64,000 bases of DNA from Balanoglossus misakiensis (Eukaryota; Animalia; Hemichordata): assembly GCA_040954595.2 (NCBI GenBank), contig CM082579.2, forward strand, positions 1,050,922-1,114,921, in the 5' to 3' direction. A model generated the notes under the pieces. The model saw only the letters and a program-made list of their open reading frames with translations, was not told the origin of the DNA and did not search any database. How positions within the stretch are numbered: the first letter of the stretch is position 1; each line of letters opens with the position of its first letter. Both the position numbers and the translations under genes were made by a program. Below, piece after piece: positions 26,801-38,207 of the stretch.

Positions 26801-27280
26801 ACACTAGCTGTGATAAGCAACATATATCATTCAGTAATTAAACTTCCAGAATTACGCTTTATATGATATAACTTCAAAGACATGGATAAACGTGACATGG
26901 ACGTACCACATTTCTCGTTTTCATCAGCACCATTAGAACATTGAGTGACGCCATCGCATAGATAGTCTTCCGCAATGCACTCTCCTTGTCCGCAGTCGAA
27001 CTGATCCAGTTCACAAACCGGAGAAATAGACGTAGGTACTCCGTGCACCACTGAAAAGAAAGAAAACCAATATGTGCTGTATGCTGATGATGTTAGAATC
27101 ATGTGATCTTTGTTGACTTTCTTGGAATTTTGGAGAAATTGTTGATAAAAACAAATCAATCAGTCAATTTATTTATGTAAAACAGTGATCCAAATAACAC
27201 TTACCATGGCTACACAAGTGTCCAACAAGACCAACGACCAACAAAGCCACTTTATGATGATTTTTGTGAGTTTTCTCCAT
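23876..27280 (-). CDS. Secreted LDLa + LRR protein resembling the ectodomain of relaxin-family (RXFP1/2, LGR3/4) receptors, with no 7TM, ~371 aa
   Basis: Exons: 27280-27205 (signal peptide MEKTHKNHHKVALLVVGLVGHLCSH), 27050-26907 (LDLa CELDQFDCGQGECIAEDYLCDGVTQCSNGADENEKC), 26541-26430 (LRRNT). Then nine 72-nt phase-2 LRR exons: 26229-26158, 26036-25965, 25748-25677, 25340-25269, 25092-25021, 24805-24734, 24561-24490, 24358-24287, 24190-24119. The last exon, 24011-23876, encodes hinge YVPFPDYCCYSAHVQYC and ends at TAG. AATAAA lies on the minus strand at 23709-23714. Confidence 0.88.
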
Positions 27281-29390
27281 GGTGATCCGAGTGCTGGGGC
27301 AGAGATAGAGAAAGACTGAGTCGGTGTTTCAAAGGAAATACACTGATAACAGAAGCTTGATTACGTAGCGTTTTATTGTTGCTTCAAATCACTCTTGTGA
27401 TTGGCTGACGATCCGTGCTAACAGACATCATGAAATATCTCCAAATGGAAATTACTTCAGATCGTCGCAGTTGCATAATATCTGACAGGTCACGTACGTT
27501 GGAAATTCCAATGACCAGAGGGCTAGTCAATTACAGGGAGTCTCAGAGGTCGTCACATGACAAGGATCAGACGTTAAAACACAGTCACGTGGTTAAAAGC
27601 CCCGATCTCATCGGAAGTGCCTTGTCAGAATTGTCAGCTCCCTTCATCAACATCAACATTTGCTGTCCAGCAAATTTGCCTATAGATCACATTCACGAAG
27701 CAAGAAAACATTGACCAATTTTTCACTGGGTTTGGATCTATGAAGATCTGTGATGCGTTTGTCGAAAAGAAAAATTGTGTGACGTTTGAAAAATTATTTA
27801 CCTTATTCCATTTGTCAGGAATAGAAAGAGTTTTCTTCTTTTCGTGAACTGACTTCGGAGAAACGCTTTGACAAATGATGATTGTTTTAGGAAAGAAAGT
27901 AGAACTGCTGTGATAACGAGCACCCATATGGCACAGAATGATATCATATTAACTATCCAATTTCTGCCGGCGCAATATGTAGTCTTAATACGTCAGTTAA
28001 TAGCCTCAACAGTTCTCAAGAAATAATAAGACCGTAAATCATAGTAAGCCTTTCTCCCTGAATTCTTATCGCGTTTGAGAAATTGCTTGTTACCCAGAAG
28101 CCATTTTGTCTTTTGTCAACTATTCACAGAACGTCTCCGGAGAATTGGGAAGCGAGATGTCTAAAACTGTGCACGTGACCATTCCATCCGTTTGCTCCTA
28201 CGCAAAACTTCTGAAAAGCAGATCTTGTAAGTTTGTTTCGTAACTTTCTAGTAGTTTAAGTGGACGGAATATTCGCTGAAGATATTTTAAATGCCAGGTG
28301 CGTATTCTCAATGCGGAATGGAGAACTTGCACTACAAGACAGGACACGACTCTGTCAAAAAAAGTCGACCACAGTCCCTCTATAGGGACTGTGAGTCAAC
28401 GAACCTAACGCTCGAACGATGAGACACATCATTACGTGCACAGTAGCGGTAGCTGCATATAACAACTGAATGACTTTGCTTAATACAAGATGTAAAGCTG
28501 GTGACCTTTTATGACCCTTTGTGAGAAATTTCTTTTGTTGGCATTCATGAGTGATAACAACTATTGTGCAGGTTTTCATTGTAGGAGAGAACTTCATGCC
28601 TCGTTTGCTTGCCTTATTCCGTTGTCATTATTCTATACAGATAAGTTATTGTACACTCAGTTGCTGTGGTTCTTTTCGATGCCTCCTGTAAACACCCAGT
28701 CAGCCGAAGCATACGTCATTGTTGGGAAAAATTTAACTTCAAGTTGTTGACTGTTTTCTTCAGGACCAGCCAGACACAAGTTTGCTAGACAGTGGGATCT
28801 ACACCTGGTAAGTTGAAGGTGTTTCCATTGTCATACGAACACCTACTGAGATTTGACCCAATTATATTGTTTGTGACAATACTTACAAATACAAAGTCCA
28901 TACAATAATTGTATTGTTTACACCAACCTATTTTTTATGATTGTAAGTGATATTTGATTTACGCCATTGAATGTCTGTCAAAGCCTGTGGTTTACAAGCG
29001 ATGACATTAAGGTATTGTAAACTCAGACCACAATACCGTTATGTTGATGAAACTGCAGACTGGTCATAATCTTAGTTTGTAGTCTGTATGCCCCTCAATG
29101 TCAAGGTCATTTGGGGGGGGGGGAAAGAGTAATTTCGTAGAAGTATAGGTTATGACGTTGCGATGATCTAGAAAACTTGATTCTATTAACACAAAATGGC
29201 GATGAAGTAATCAACATTTTGAACACATACATCTGCCTACTGAGTGTGACATATAACCCTTGCTATAGTACTTGAGGATTGGATCATTATATTTTTTTCT
29301 GTTCTCGCCATAAAGCTTTGTGACCTTCGACATTTCGTTTACGGGGTCACCGTTACCAACCACTGCTGAAGACCTGGTTGCCATTCTACG

Positions 29391-32300
29391 ATGGGCGCCG
29401 GCGTGTCCTTGCCCGGTGGAAGGGAAAATGCTCTTTCTGATTTTAAGGTATTTGTCCAGCCAGTTTGCTTGTCTACCCGGCCATTCCATGAACTCCTTTG
29501 ATAGATTTCAAATAACTATTTATTTGTATGCACTGTGATCATCACCACAAAAGTAGTAGTAATGAAATTGATGTTTTATCCACTTCGCCTTATATACAGC
29601 CCAGTCAAGGCAGATACCCCTATCGGAGAACTGGAAACACCCAAGACAGATTTCGCACAATACAACTGACGAAAGAAAAAGAAACACATGAAGTTGCCGT
29701 CATCGGAACGACTCTTCGGGTTGCCCTTGACGACATTACCCCGGATGGAGCACGCTCATTCATTGTCCAGACGACTCATCCCTACCACGTCGATATCCGT
29801 TATGCGAATACGGCATCTGGAAGTAAAGCAACTAACATTGCTTTCAAGACTTTTGCTCCATTTGAGAAAGAAGGTTATCTGCTGATTGATGCCCTGAGAC
29901 CAACAAACAGAGACATCCAAGTAATTATGTAATTTCACATTACTTCATGTTAAACCAGTGTCCTTTTATGTAATACACAGCCACTCGTGTTTGAACAGTC
30001 AGCTGTTAACTGGGGCGTGGTCATACCTGGGCGTGGCACACAAAGTTCCGTCATTAGAGATAAGTCTTCTCCTTTTTGCGTAGAACGCGTGTCAATAACC
30101 ACTGTATGTTCACTTTCAGATTGTTGTTGATTTCGACTTCGTTGAGCACAGTCAGGAGATTTCGGACTTCGATAATCCCACACAACGATATCATTTCATA
30201 CCGTCGGTTCTGTGGCTACGACTGATCTATCTGTCAATTGATGTTGATACTGATCGCGATGGTTATGTGGAACACAACAGTCCCTTTAAGGTAAAATTAA
30301 CCTCTCTTGTAAAACGTAACACTTCTATTGAGATAAATGGCAATGCGCGTTCTACTATAGGAAGATATGAAGCCCTTCAATGGCGAATGTTTACTTTTCG
30401 GATGACTTTGTATAGGCGTCAACAGCTCTTATAACATGCAGAGAAAGACAACGTGTATATCCCATATGGTCTAGTGGTTAGGATTTGGCGCTCTCACCGC
30501 CAAGGCCCGGGTTCAATTCCCGGTGTGGGAAGATATTTTATTTTTGAATATATGAATGAATTCTACCTTGTAGAACTCAGATATTTCTTACAGGCGATGC
30601 TACTGATTTTGCAGACCAGGACTGAAACTAACGTCGTTTCATTAAAAAAAGTCTTCATTTTTTGTGTGATTGCATTAGGATTTTTGGAACTGGGGAATGG
30701 ACGGATGTGGACCTATTCTTGCCATGCGTGGGATGACCGACCGCGTACAGCGCAGGGTACACTTTGAAGATGGCGGTTTCCATGGGGACGGAGACGAAGA
30801 TGAGAATGACAGGAGTGAGACGCCACGACTTATCAACGAACAAGAGTGCACAGTTCTTAAAATCAGATCAATAGGATCTGAGAATATACCCAAGGGTTAT
30901 AAACTGAGTGTTTCTGTCAACCAACAGTGTGATGAAGAGGTATGTGTGTTTTCACTTGTCACCATCTTCGCGTTCTTTAGCATGTATGCCCTGCCTCTAT
31001 TGCTTTAGTATACTACTTATATTGCAGGGTGAACCCACAGCCTGTAGCGTGGCCTTATATTTGAACACGGGGATGCAAAGCTGCATCATCGGTCCTGGTG
31101 TAGCAGAACCAACGGCGGAAGTCCCATGGCCTGCGTCGACGACTCTTACTGACGAAATCGGAGAAACTGAAATCCTAGCAGAGGGTTACCAATTATTCGA
31201 TGGAACGTCGAATACTCAAGAATTTGTACCGATTTCGTTGATGTTTTCTAAGGTGGGTTCAGCAAGTTTTTGGCTATTCAGGAAACGCTATTTTCGCCAT
31301 GTATAACTCGCATGATTGGCACTCTTGACTTATGAATATTGCGAGTAATGCTTGATGCTATTTTCGCCATGTATAACTCGCTCTGAGAACTTATGGGACT
31401 TTATTGCGGGTAATGCTGAATGCTTGTGTGGATTGGTTGCAGGGAGATGAGGTGATTTACGAAGATCGCGTGGAACTACGTGTATGTCCATGGATCGTAC
31501 CGTCACCGCTGGCAGATCCGAAAACTGTGTACGTTGTAGATACTGGACGAAACTCTGAAGTCATGGAAACGATCATCACAACAGCTGAAGAGGCCGCTGC
31601 ATACGTAGTGAGAATCGATGAAAGTCAAGTGACATTACATCCTGATAATGACGCGCTTTCGGTAAGACTCTTTGGGAAACGCCCATTGGATGAGTGTGAA
31701 CTAGACTATATGTACACTACATTGGTAGGCATATGTCTTTCGTGATATTTCAGAGATAGATTACTTACCCGATGAGCTTTGCTGATAGATAATTTTACCA
31801 CCATCAAACACTTATGGGTACATATCTTCTTCCAGAAATGGATGTGTTTTGGATTCACGCAGACGGTTCAAAACGTGAAGACATTGATCGCTGTATCACA
31901 ACCACAGCAGAAGACAACTGACGTCATCTTTGCTATGGTTAGCCACAACATTTTATTTCTACAAGTGATTTTAGGCAATGGAAGCCGCCCAGTTTTGTTT
32001 AAATATATTTCGGTGGCGTAATTGTGATTGGTGCTCTCTCTCTCTGAGAGTATAAAGTGTTACATAATTTTTAGTTTGCCTAGCCAACCATATGTTCAAG
32101 ACATGTACCAGTTTTAGTTTCGTTTTAAACCTTGCATACGTGTACTCTATTATGCACAGGGACCAGACTCGGAATATTTCACACTTGGTAATAGGGGATA
32201 CTTTGACAAGATGATGCCAACACCAGCCATGTATCCTGACTTTCCGTTGGGGGCGCTACTGGTGGCGACTCTCGCTCCTGGAGGAGAGATTCCAGGGTAG

Positions 32301-33665
32301 GTTTGCATGAACTCAGTTAGAACGATCTTAAGAGTTTGCAGAACCAACAACAGGCATTTGTACTAAGAAAATGAATATATTTTACGAAGGATGTCGTTCA
32401 CCAGAGATTCTCGTTAAAGTTGTCTGTAATTGTGTCATCACAGAGATTGGAAACGAGGCAAACAGGAAAAGAGTTTCATACCTCGACCACTTGGTGGATT
32501 TCTGGAAGCTCAGAGAGTACAAGCACTGGTAGAGGTCTTCACCGATTGGCTGGAAACTGGTGACGTCTCAAGTATGGTGAATTTCGTACCCTGCAAGAGT
32601 TCAAAGGTTAGCGACGTAACTTCCCTGAGATTAAATGCATCAGAGTTTTATTCAACAACCCCTGATTTAATGAATGTCTTTCTTTCTGCAGGGTTTCAAA
32701 GTAGTCATGCCTAGTATTCATATCTGTCGAGATTTACTCATCGATTTCAGGAAGAACGGAGAAGGCTTCATGTGTGAAGGTAACATGCCACGTTTTCATG
32801 GAGCAAACACAACACTGCTAAAGTTGGAATTAGTTGGAAAAAATAACCAGTATGATTAATATGTGTGTATATACCAAAGACTGTCTTTGACTCTGGATCT
32901 ATGGTATTAATTATGGCTAATTTAATTACATTTTCTTTTCTAGGCAAATCACTTGAAGGCAAAGACGCCTCAGTCAAAGTGACTACCGTGCTTGACGACA
33001 GAGAATTTTGGAAAATAAACCAGCATTTCCAAGTGAGTACAGAACGATGGTCTGTCCATCGGTTTTCCATGCAAAGAACATATTCCCTGTCAAGAATGTT
33101 CATCAGTTGTGATGTAACGAGATTTTTTTAAAATTTTAGAATATGATCGACTGGAACAAACAGAGGTTGAGATGGCAGCTTGGCTTGAGGACAGACGATT
33201 TTATCGAAATTCCCGCTCTCTGGCAACGAAGCGACAGCAATAGAGCAGTTCCTTTCTTTCCAAACATGACGAGTCTTGTCACCATTGGTAACCAAATAGG
33301 TACGTGTGTATACTTTTAGTATATTAGTATATTATTGGTCTACGGCATGACACAAATTCAGCGTTTTATGGTATCCATGATAGGAACCAAGCTCCATTTT
33401 GAGGCGTTCTTCTCGATCATTTTTTTGTATTCTAGTTATCCCAAGGCCTCATGGACCGAAACGCCAATACTACAATCCTCCAGACAGATTCGAAAGATAC
33501 ATCATGGAAGAGTTCAAGATTAGACTGGTCACGGCTAAGATCTTCTTTGTTGATGACTGGGAAATGTGCTTCGACCGTGGCGAGAAAAGCTCTCTGTACA
33601 AACACGTGCTGGTGCAGAGGCGGCCTGGATCTCACCCAGCTTGGTGGCAGCTTGATATGCGATAA
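29391..33665 (+). CDS. Protein-arginine deiminase (PADI)-fold protein, ~740 aa, predicted catalytically inactive, with an MGAGVS N-terminus
   Basis: Exons 29391-29447, 29600-29920, 30120-30290, 30679-30939, 31028-31252, 31443-31661, 31836-31937, 32160-32296, 32444-32606, 32692-32779, 32944-33032, 33140-33299, 33436-33665 (2223 nt, no stops). PADI landmarks: THEVAVIGT..PDGARSF (PAD_N), DVDTDRDGYVE..WNWGMDGCGPIL (PAD_M), RVCPWIVP, GPDSEY, FPLG, FLEAQRVQA..DWL, IDWNKQRLRWQLGL..IEIP, FFPNM, IPRPHGP, C-terminal WW. Confidence 0.88.
30460..30531 (+). tRNA. tRNA-Glu (anticodon CTC), inside intron 3 of the PAD-like gene
   Basis: TCCCATATGGTCTAGTGGTTAGGATTTGGCG-CTCTCAC-CGCCAAGGCCCGGGTTCAATTCCCGGTGTGGGAA. 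Acceptor stem TCCCATA/TGTGGGA, anticodon stem TGGCG/CGCCA, A and B boxes, and a T-rich terminator just downstream. Confidence 0.93.
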
Positions 33666-34937
33666 AGTGTTTGATCTAACGACACCCTTCCAATTTCAGT
33701 CGATAAAACTTGTTATTCAAAACACAACAGTCACAATGCCAAGTTACGAACTCTGCACATTTTACAGACTAAGGTTACAGCGCTGGTCGTTTCGTCGCCC
33801 GATCTCGCAAGCAGCAGAGGAAAATTCATTCCGAAGTTTACGGACCTTCAGAATTTTAGTCAGGTTCGGGATGTCCCCCGTTACTGAATTACAATTTCTT
33901 TTTCAAATATTTGAGTAAACGTATTCTTCTTCTGATATAGGCTGATATGCTTTGTGTTCAGGTAAGCTTCTTTTGCCTAGCAAGCAGAAAGTTTATCGAA
34001 TGCTTTGGCCTACACATTAATAAGCTTACTGTGTGTATCGTTCAGATTTGAAATTATAAGATGGAAAGTTATAATATATTCCGATCAAAACTGGTATTTT
34101 ATTATACATTGAGTATTTACGGGTATTACGAGCAAGATAACTTCTACTGTATGACGAACATGCGTACGACCGACCATGCGACTCGGTCGCGTCATAATCG
34201 ACAGTCGCTTGACGTCAGAGCGTCCGATTGTCGAGATGTTGCTATGGTTCGATTGTCCGACTACAGAACGCTGGTTTACGTTTGGTACTCCAACATGCGG
34301 CTGCAGTATTTTGTGCGAGCGTTTTTCGTCCGTAAAAAGTACAAGTAGTAAATGTTAGCAAGATGCCTCGTCGGGATCGAACACACATCATAAGGCGTTC
34401 CCGCGATAGTAAGTCATTTTTTTTTAATTTCCACTTTTTTTCGTATTTTACGATGTCAACGAAAGTTGGAGAACCCTGACTTTTCAATGCAGGTCGGCGA
34501 ACTACCTGTTGTGCATGAGGAGATCCTAAACACGGTGAATTTATGTTGAAATCATTATCTATGGCAAAGTTTATAAATCACACTACAGAAAAAAAGATGC
34601 AACATGAAATAAGACTTTCAAAAGTGTAGAAAATCGAAAAACTTGGTGCGCAAGCTATCTCACAGCGTCTGAAAACGCCCTCGTGCGACAAAACTGTCCA
34701 CGTCTTTTGTTTTGTTCACAATCCGGGAATAGGCGCGTTGAGAAGTGAAAGTTTTCGATGATGACGCGGAAAAAATTCTTGTTACCATGGTTGGTTCGAC
34801 AGACCAAACACAACGCTTCTTCGCTTTACATGCGTCGGTAATAGTACAATCGATATCCACAAAAACCTTGCGAAATCTTAACTGAATGCAACAAAACTTC
34901 TTTTTGATCCGTCATTACGGATTGTAAAACAAAGGAA

Positions 34938-37900
34938 ATGTCGTCTTCACGTAAGTATGATGTTTCTTTTAAATTTCCTTAAAACGCGAAAGTAGAACTT
35001 GGGCACTCATGGCAGCAGTGTCAATGTAATGAACCAAATCGTCGCCACATTTCCATGTGAAAACTAAATTTAATAATGTCTTTCTTACCTCAAAATGGGA
35101 ATTGAATTTTAAGGATTTAGTTTCACTTATATTGCCACATGTTTATTATATATACATCTGATGCTGCGCTAAATTGCCAAATGCTGCCTTGGGTAAGCTT
35201 AGCTTGAAAACCTTGAAAAGAATTGAAGGAATTGAGGAAGGCGAAGTGAGCGAGAAAAGTGTATAACATATGAGCGCCCTCCCCGGTCCCCTCCTCAGAG
35301 TTTAATCTAGGTCAAGTGGGGTCACTGCATGATATATATGACTGAAATGAAGTAGTGTTCAGCAACGGATGAAACAGTCTTCGCTATTACCAGAGAATGT
35401 GGAGGTACTGTGTGACCGAAATTATGTGAGTCAGATGGTATATGAACTTTTGCTCAAAGTCCCTATCCATGAGATGGGACGGCTACTTCTGCAAATGTTA
35501 TTTTATATCCGACCTCCTTCCTCAGCTGGATCTTGTCAATGTCGTCCATGTTGGGATGACACGTGTAAGTGTTATTGCACTGATATTTTTGATGATGAAG
35601 GCCTCCAATTAATGTATTTTTTCTCATTTGTAGAAGTTTTGTTTTAATGTTATCAGATCTTATTAATGCTTCGAGAAATATTATGATATTCATAGAAATG
35701 TTTGAGACGCATCGAAATAATTGCCTCTAAATTTTCTCATATAGAAGACCTGAAGGTCTACTTTCCGGTAATTACAACACCAGGGATTGATCGTCCTGAG
35801 CGTCGACGTCCAGTGCCGTGCCCCGAAGATGGTGCTACAGAAAGTAGAGTTGAGTTTAAGAGTGGATGTAGATGGTTTAACCGCTACGAAATGGACAAAG
35901 TCCTGGGTAGTGGAACTTTTGGAGTTGTAAGTATACAAATAAATGTTTTCACATCAAGGAAAACATTGGTGAATTGTTGCTTTGAATTAATTGCTACAGT
36001 AACACTGATACACCATGTATGAGATGTTTTTTCATGACCTTTGTTATGTGTTTTATTGAGATTGATGTAAGATAGTATATAAATGTTGCTGGCTTTTCCA
36101 TTTGCCATGACTTGTTGTTGCCAGGTGGTCCGTGTTTATGACATGGTGGAAAAACGCTTCAAAGCCATCAAGGCCATCAAGGAATACAGTGAAGAAGGCA
36201 AGAAAAATGCTGAACTGGAAGTGGAAATACTCTGTGAGATCAAAGAAAATGATCCGAGGAGGACTTCCAATGTGGGTAAGTTGTGATTTGTGTGTCATTT
36301 TGGAATCCTAAACTACCTGGCAGTAGCCCTGATAGTGAATTCCTTGCCACACACACAAAAAAGGACAGATCAAGTGTTCGATTTTTCTCCCGCTTTCTCT
36401 TTTCTTTCAGACTTGTGAAATTACAATTGTGATGAAAACCCAGATTGATTAAAATATCATGGTTGTTTTATTGTTTTATGTCTTCTTTCCAGCTCTGATC
36501 GAATCATCATTCGAGTACAGACACATGTTCTGCATAGTCATGCCACTGTATTCCCATGATCTGTGGACTGTGCTGAAATCCACTGGGATGACCGGAATGT
36601 CCTTGACTTTGATCCGGATCTTCTCCGAGCAGATCTTTCGTGCCTTGGATTTCCTTGCCAACCTCAATGTGCAGATCATCCACAGTGACATCAAACCGGA
36701 TAATATCATCTTGGTTCATCCTTGCTACACTGATGTCAAACTGATTGATTTTGGCATCGCTCAAAGACCTGATGATCGCGTAAGTACACATTTGATTTTC
36801 TATGTTGTCCAGTTTTGTTTTTCTATTATTAACTTTTGATTTAATGTTTCTTTCAATTGTCGCATATTTAAAAGTGCTAATTATTTATTTACTTGAGACA
36901 GTTTTATTATCATGCTCACAAATGATGGATTTTTTATCTTTTAAAAACAGAACATCGGATCATACTGTCAAACTCGCTGGTACCGGTCACCTGAAATAGC
37001 CGTAGGGACCAAGTTTGGTGTAGAAGTTGACATATGGAGCTTTGCCATCGTCATGGTGGAATTGTTTTCCGGAAAAAGTCTCTTCCCAGCAATCTCTCAG
37101 GTAAATGTCTATCCAGCATTCTCTTGTATCTTCCCGGAAGCCTCTGAGATGTCTGTCAGACACTCAGGATAGTGTTCTGTCAGCCTTACACTCCTGTGCA
37201 CTGTTTAAAGAAATTGTTCAAAGCAATATTAGACATGATGTATACAGATAGATATGCTCATGAATTGTTGCATTAAACTAAGAAACTTGCTGATTTACCT
37301 TTTTGTCGCAGTATGATCTGTTCAAAAGAATGATCAGAGTCTTTGGTGTGCCACCCAAGGATATGCTGAAAAGAGGAAGAAACACTTATTGTTACTTCGA
37401 CAAACTTGCTAATGGCTCATACCGATTAAAGGACATTGACGGACAGTCAAGGGTAAGTTCACAATACACAACAATACCATCACTGAACTTTCCATGGAAA
37501 TTTGGAGATGTGATTATTCAAATTATAAAATAAAAAAAAGAATTGTGGTGAAATCCATGTTTTGCTTGAAAGATACATGCTTTCAGTCATTTACATGTAA
37601 TGTCAAACGATTCTTTGCTTTGTTTTGTTTTTATTGGATTTTATTCTCTTGTCTCATTTCCAGGTAAGGCCCATGGAGCGTTCTCTGGAGCAGTGCATCC
37701 GTTTGAATAGACGGATGGGAAGTTCTCCCGGTGGACCAAGATCTCATCCCAAGACCAAAAAGAAGGAGTTTGAGAGACTCTTGGATTTGCTGCAACAGTG
37801 GGTTCTTTTTTTAAATTCAAGAAACTCAAAAAGTGTCTTTTCAAAGTGACAGTAACTGTGATGTACAATATATATAGTTTTGGGGATAACTTTACTGATA

Positions 37901-38169
37901 TCAGATAGGGTAGTTCTTCACATGGTTTCTGATTGACATGCCAATACAGAGCTGTATGTATTATGTCCGTCTTGGCTTCCCTCATTTCACGCACTCATAA
38001 TTTTTGTCACCTGTCACAGAATGTTCCGGTATGACCCTGACAGACGAATCAAACCATGCGATGCTCTCAAGCATCCATTCATTGCTGCAGATGTCAACAT
38101 GCAGGAATATCTTGCAGAGCAGAAACGAGGAGTCTCCTTGTTTGCTCTCAAGAGATGCAGTAAGTATCA

Positions 38170-38207
<38 letters not shown>

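Noticed and set aside
29196-29447. Alternative PAD start (ATGGCGATGAA|GT plus the FVTFDISF.. frame)
   Set aside because: It ends in phase 2 and would hit a stop in the next exon. Only the MGAGVS frame joins the PAD_N exon in frame.
31288-31425. ~70-bp imperfect tandem duplication in a PAD intron
   Set aside because: Ordinary local intronic duplication with no sign of function.
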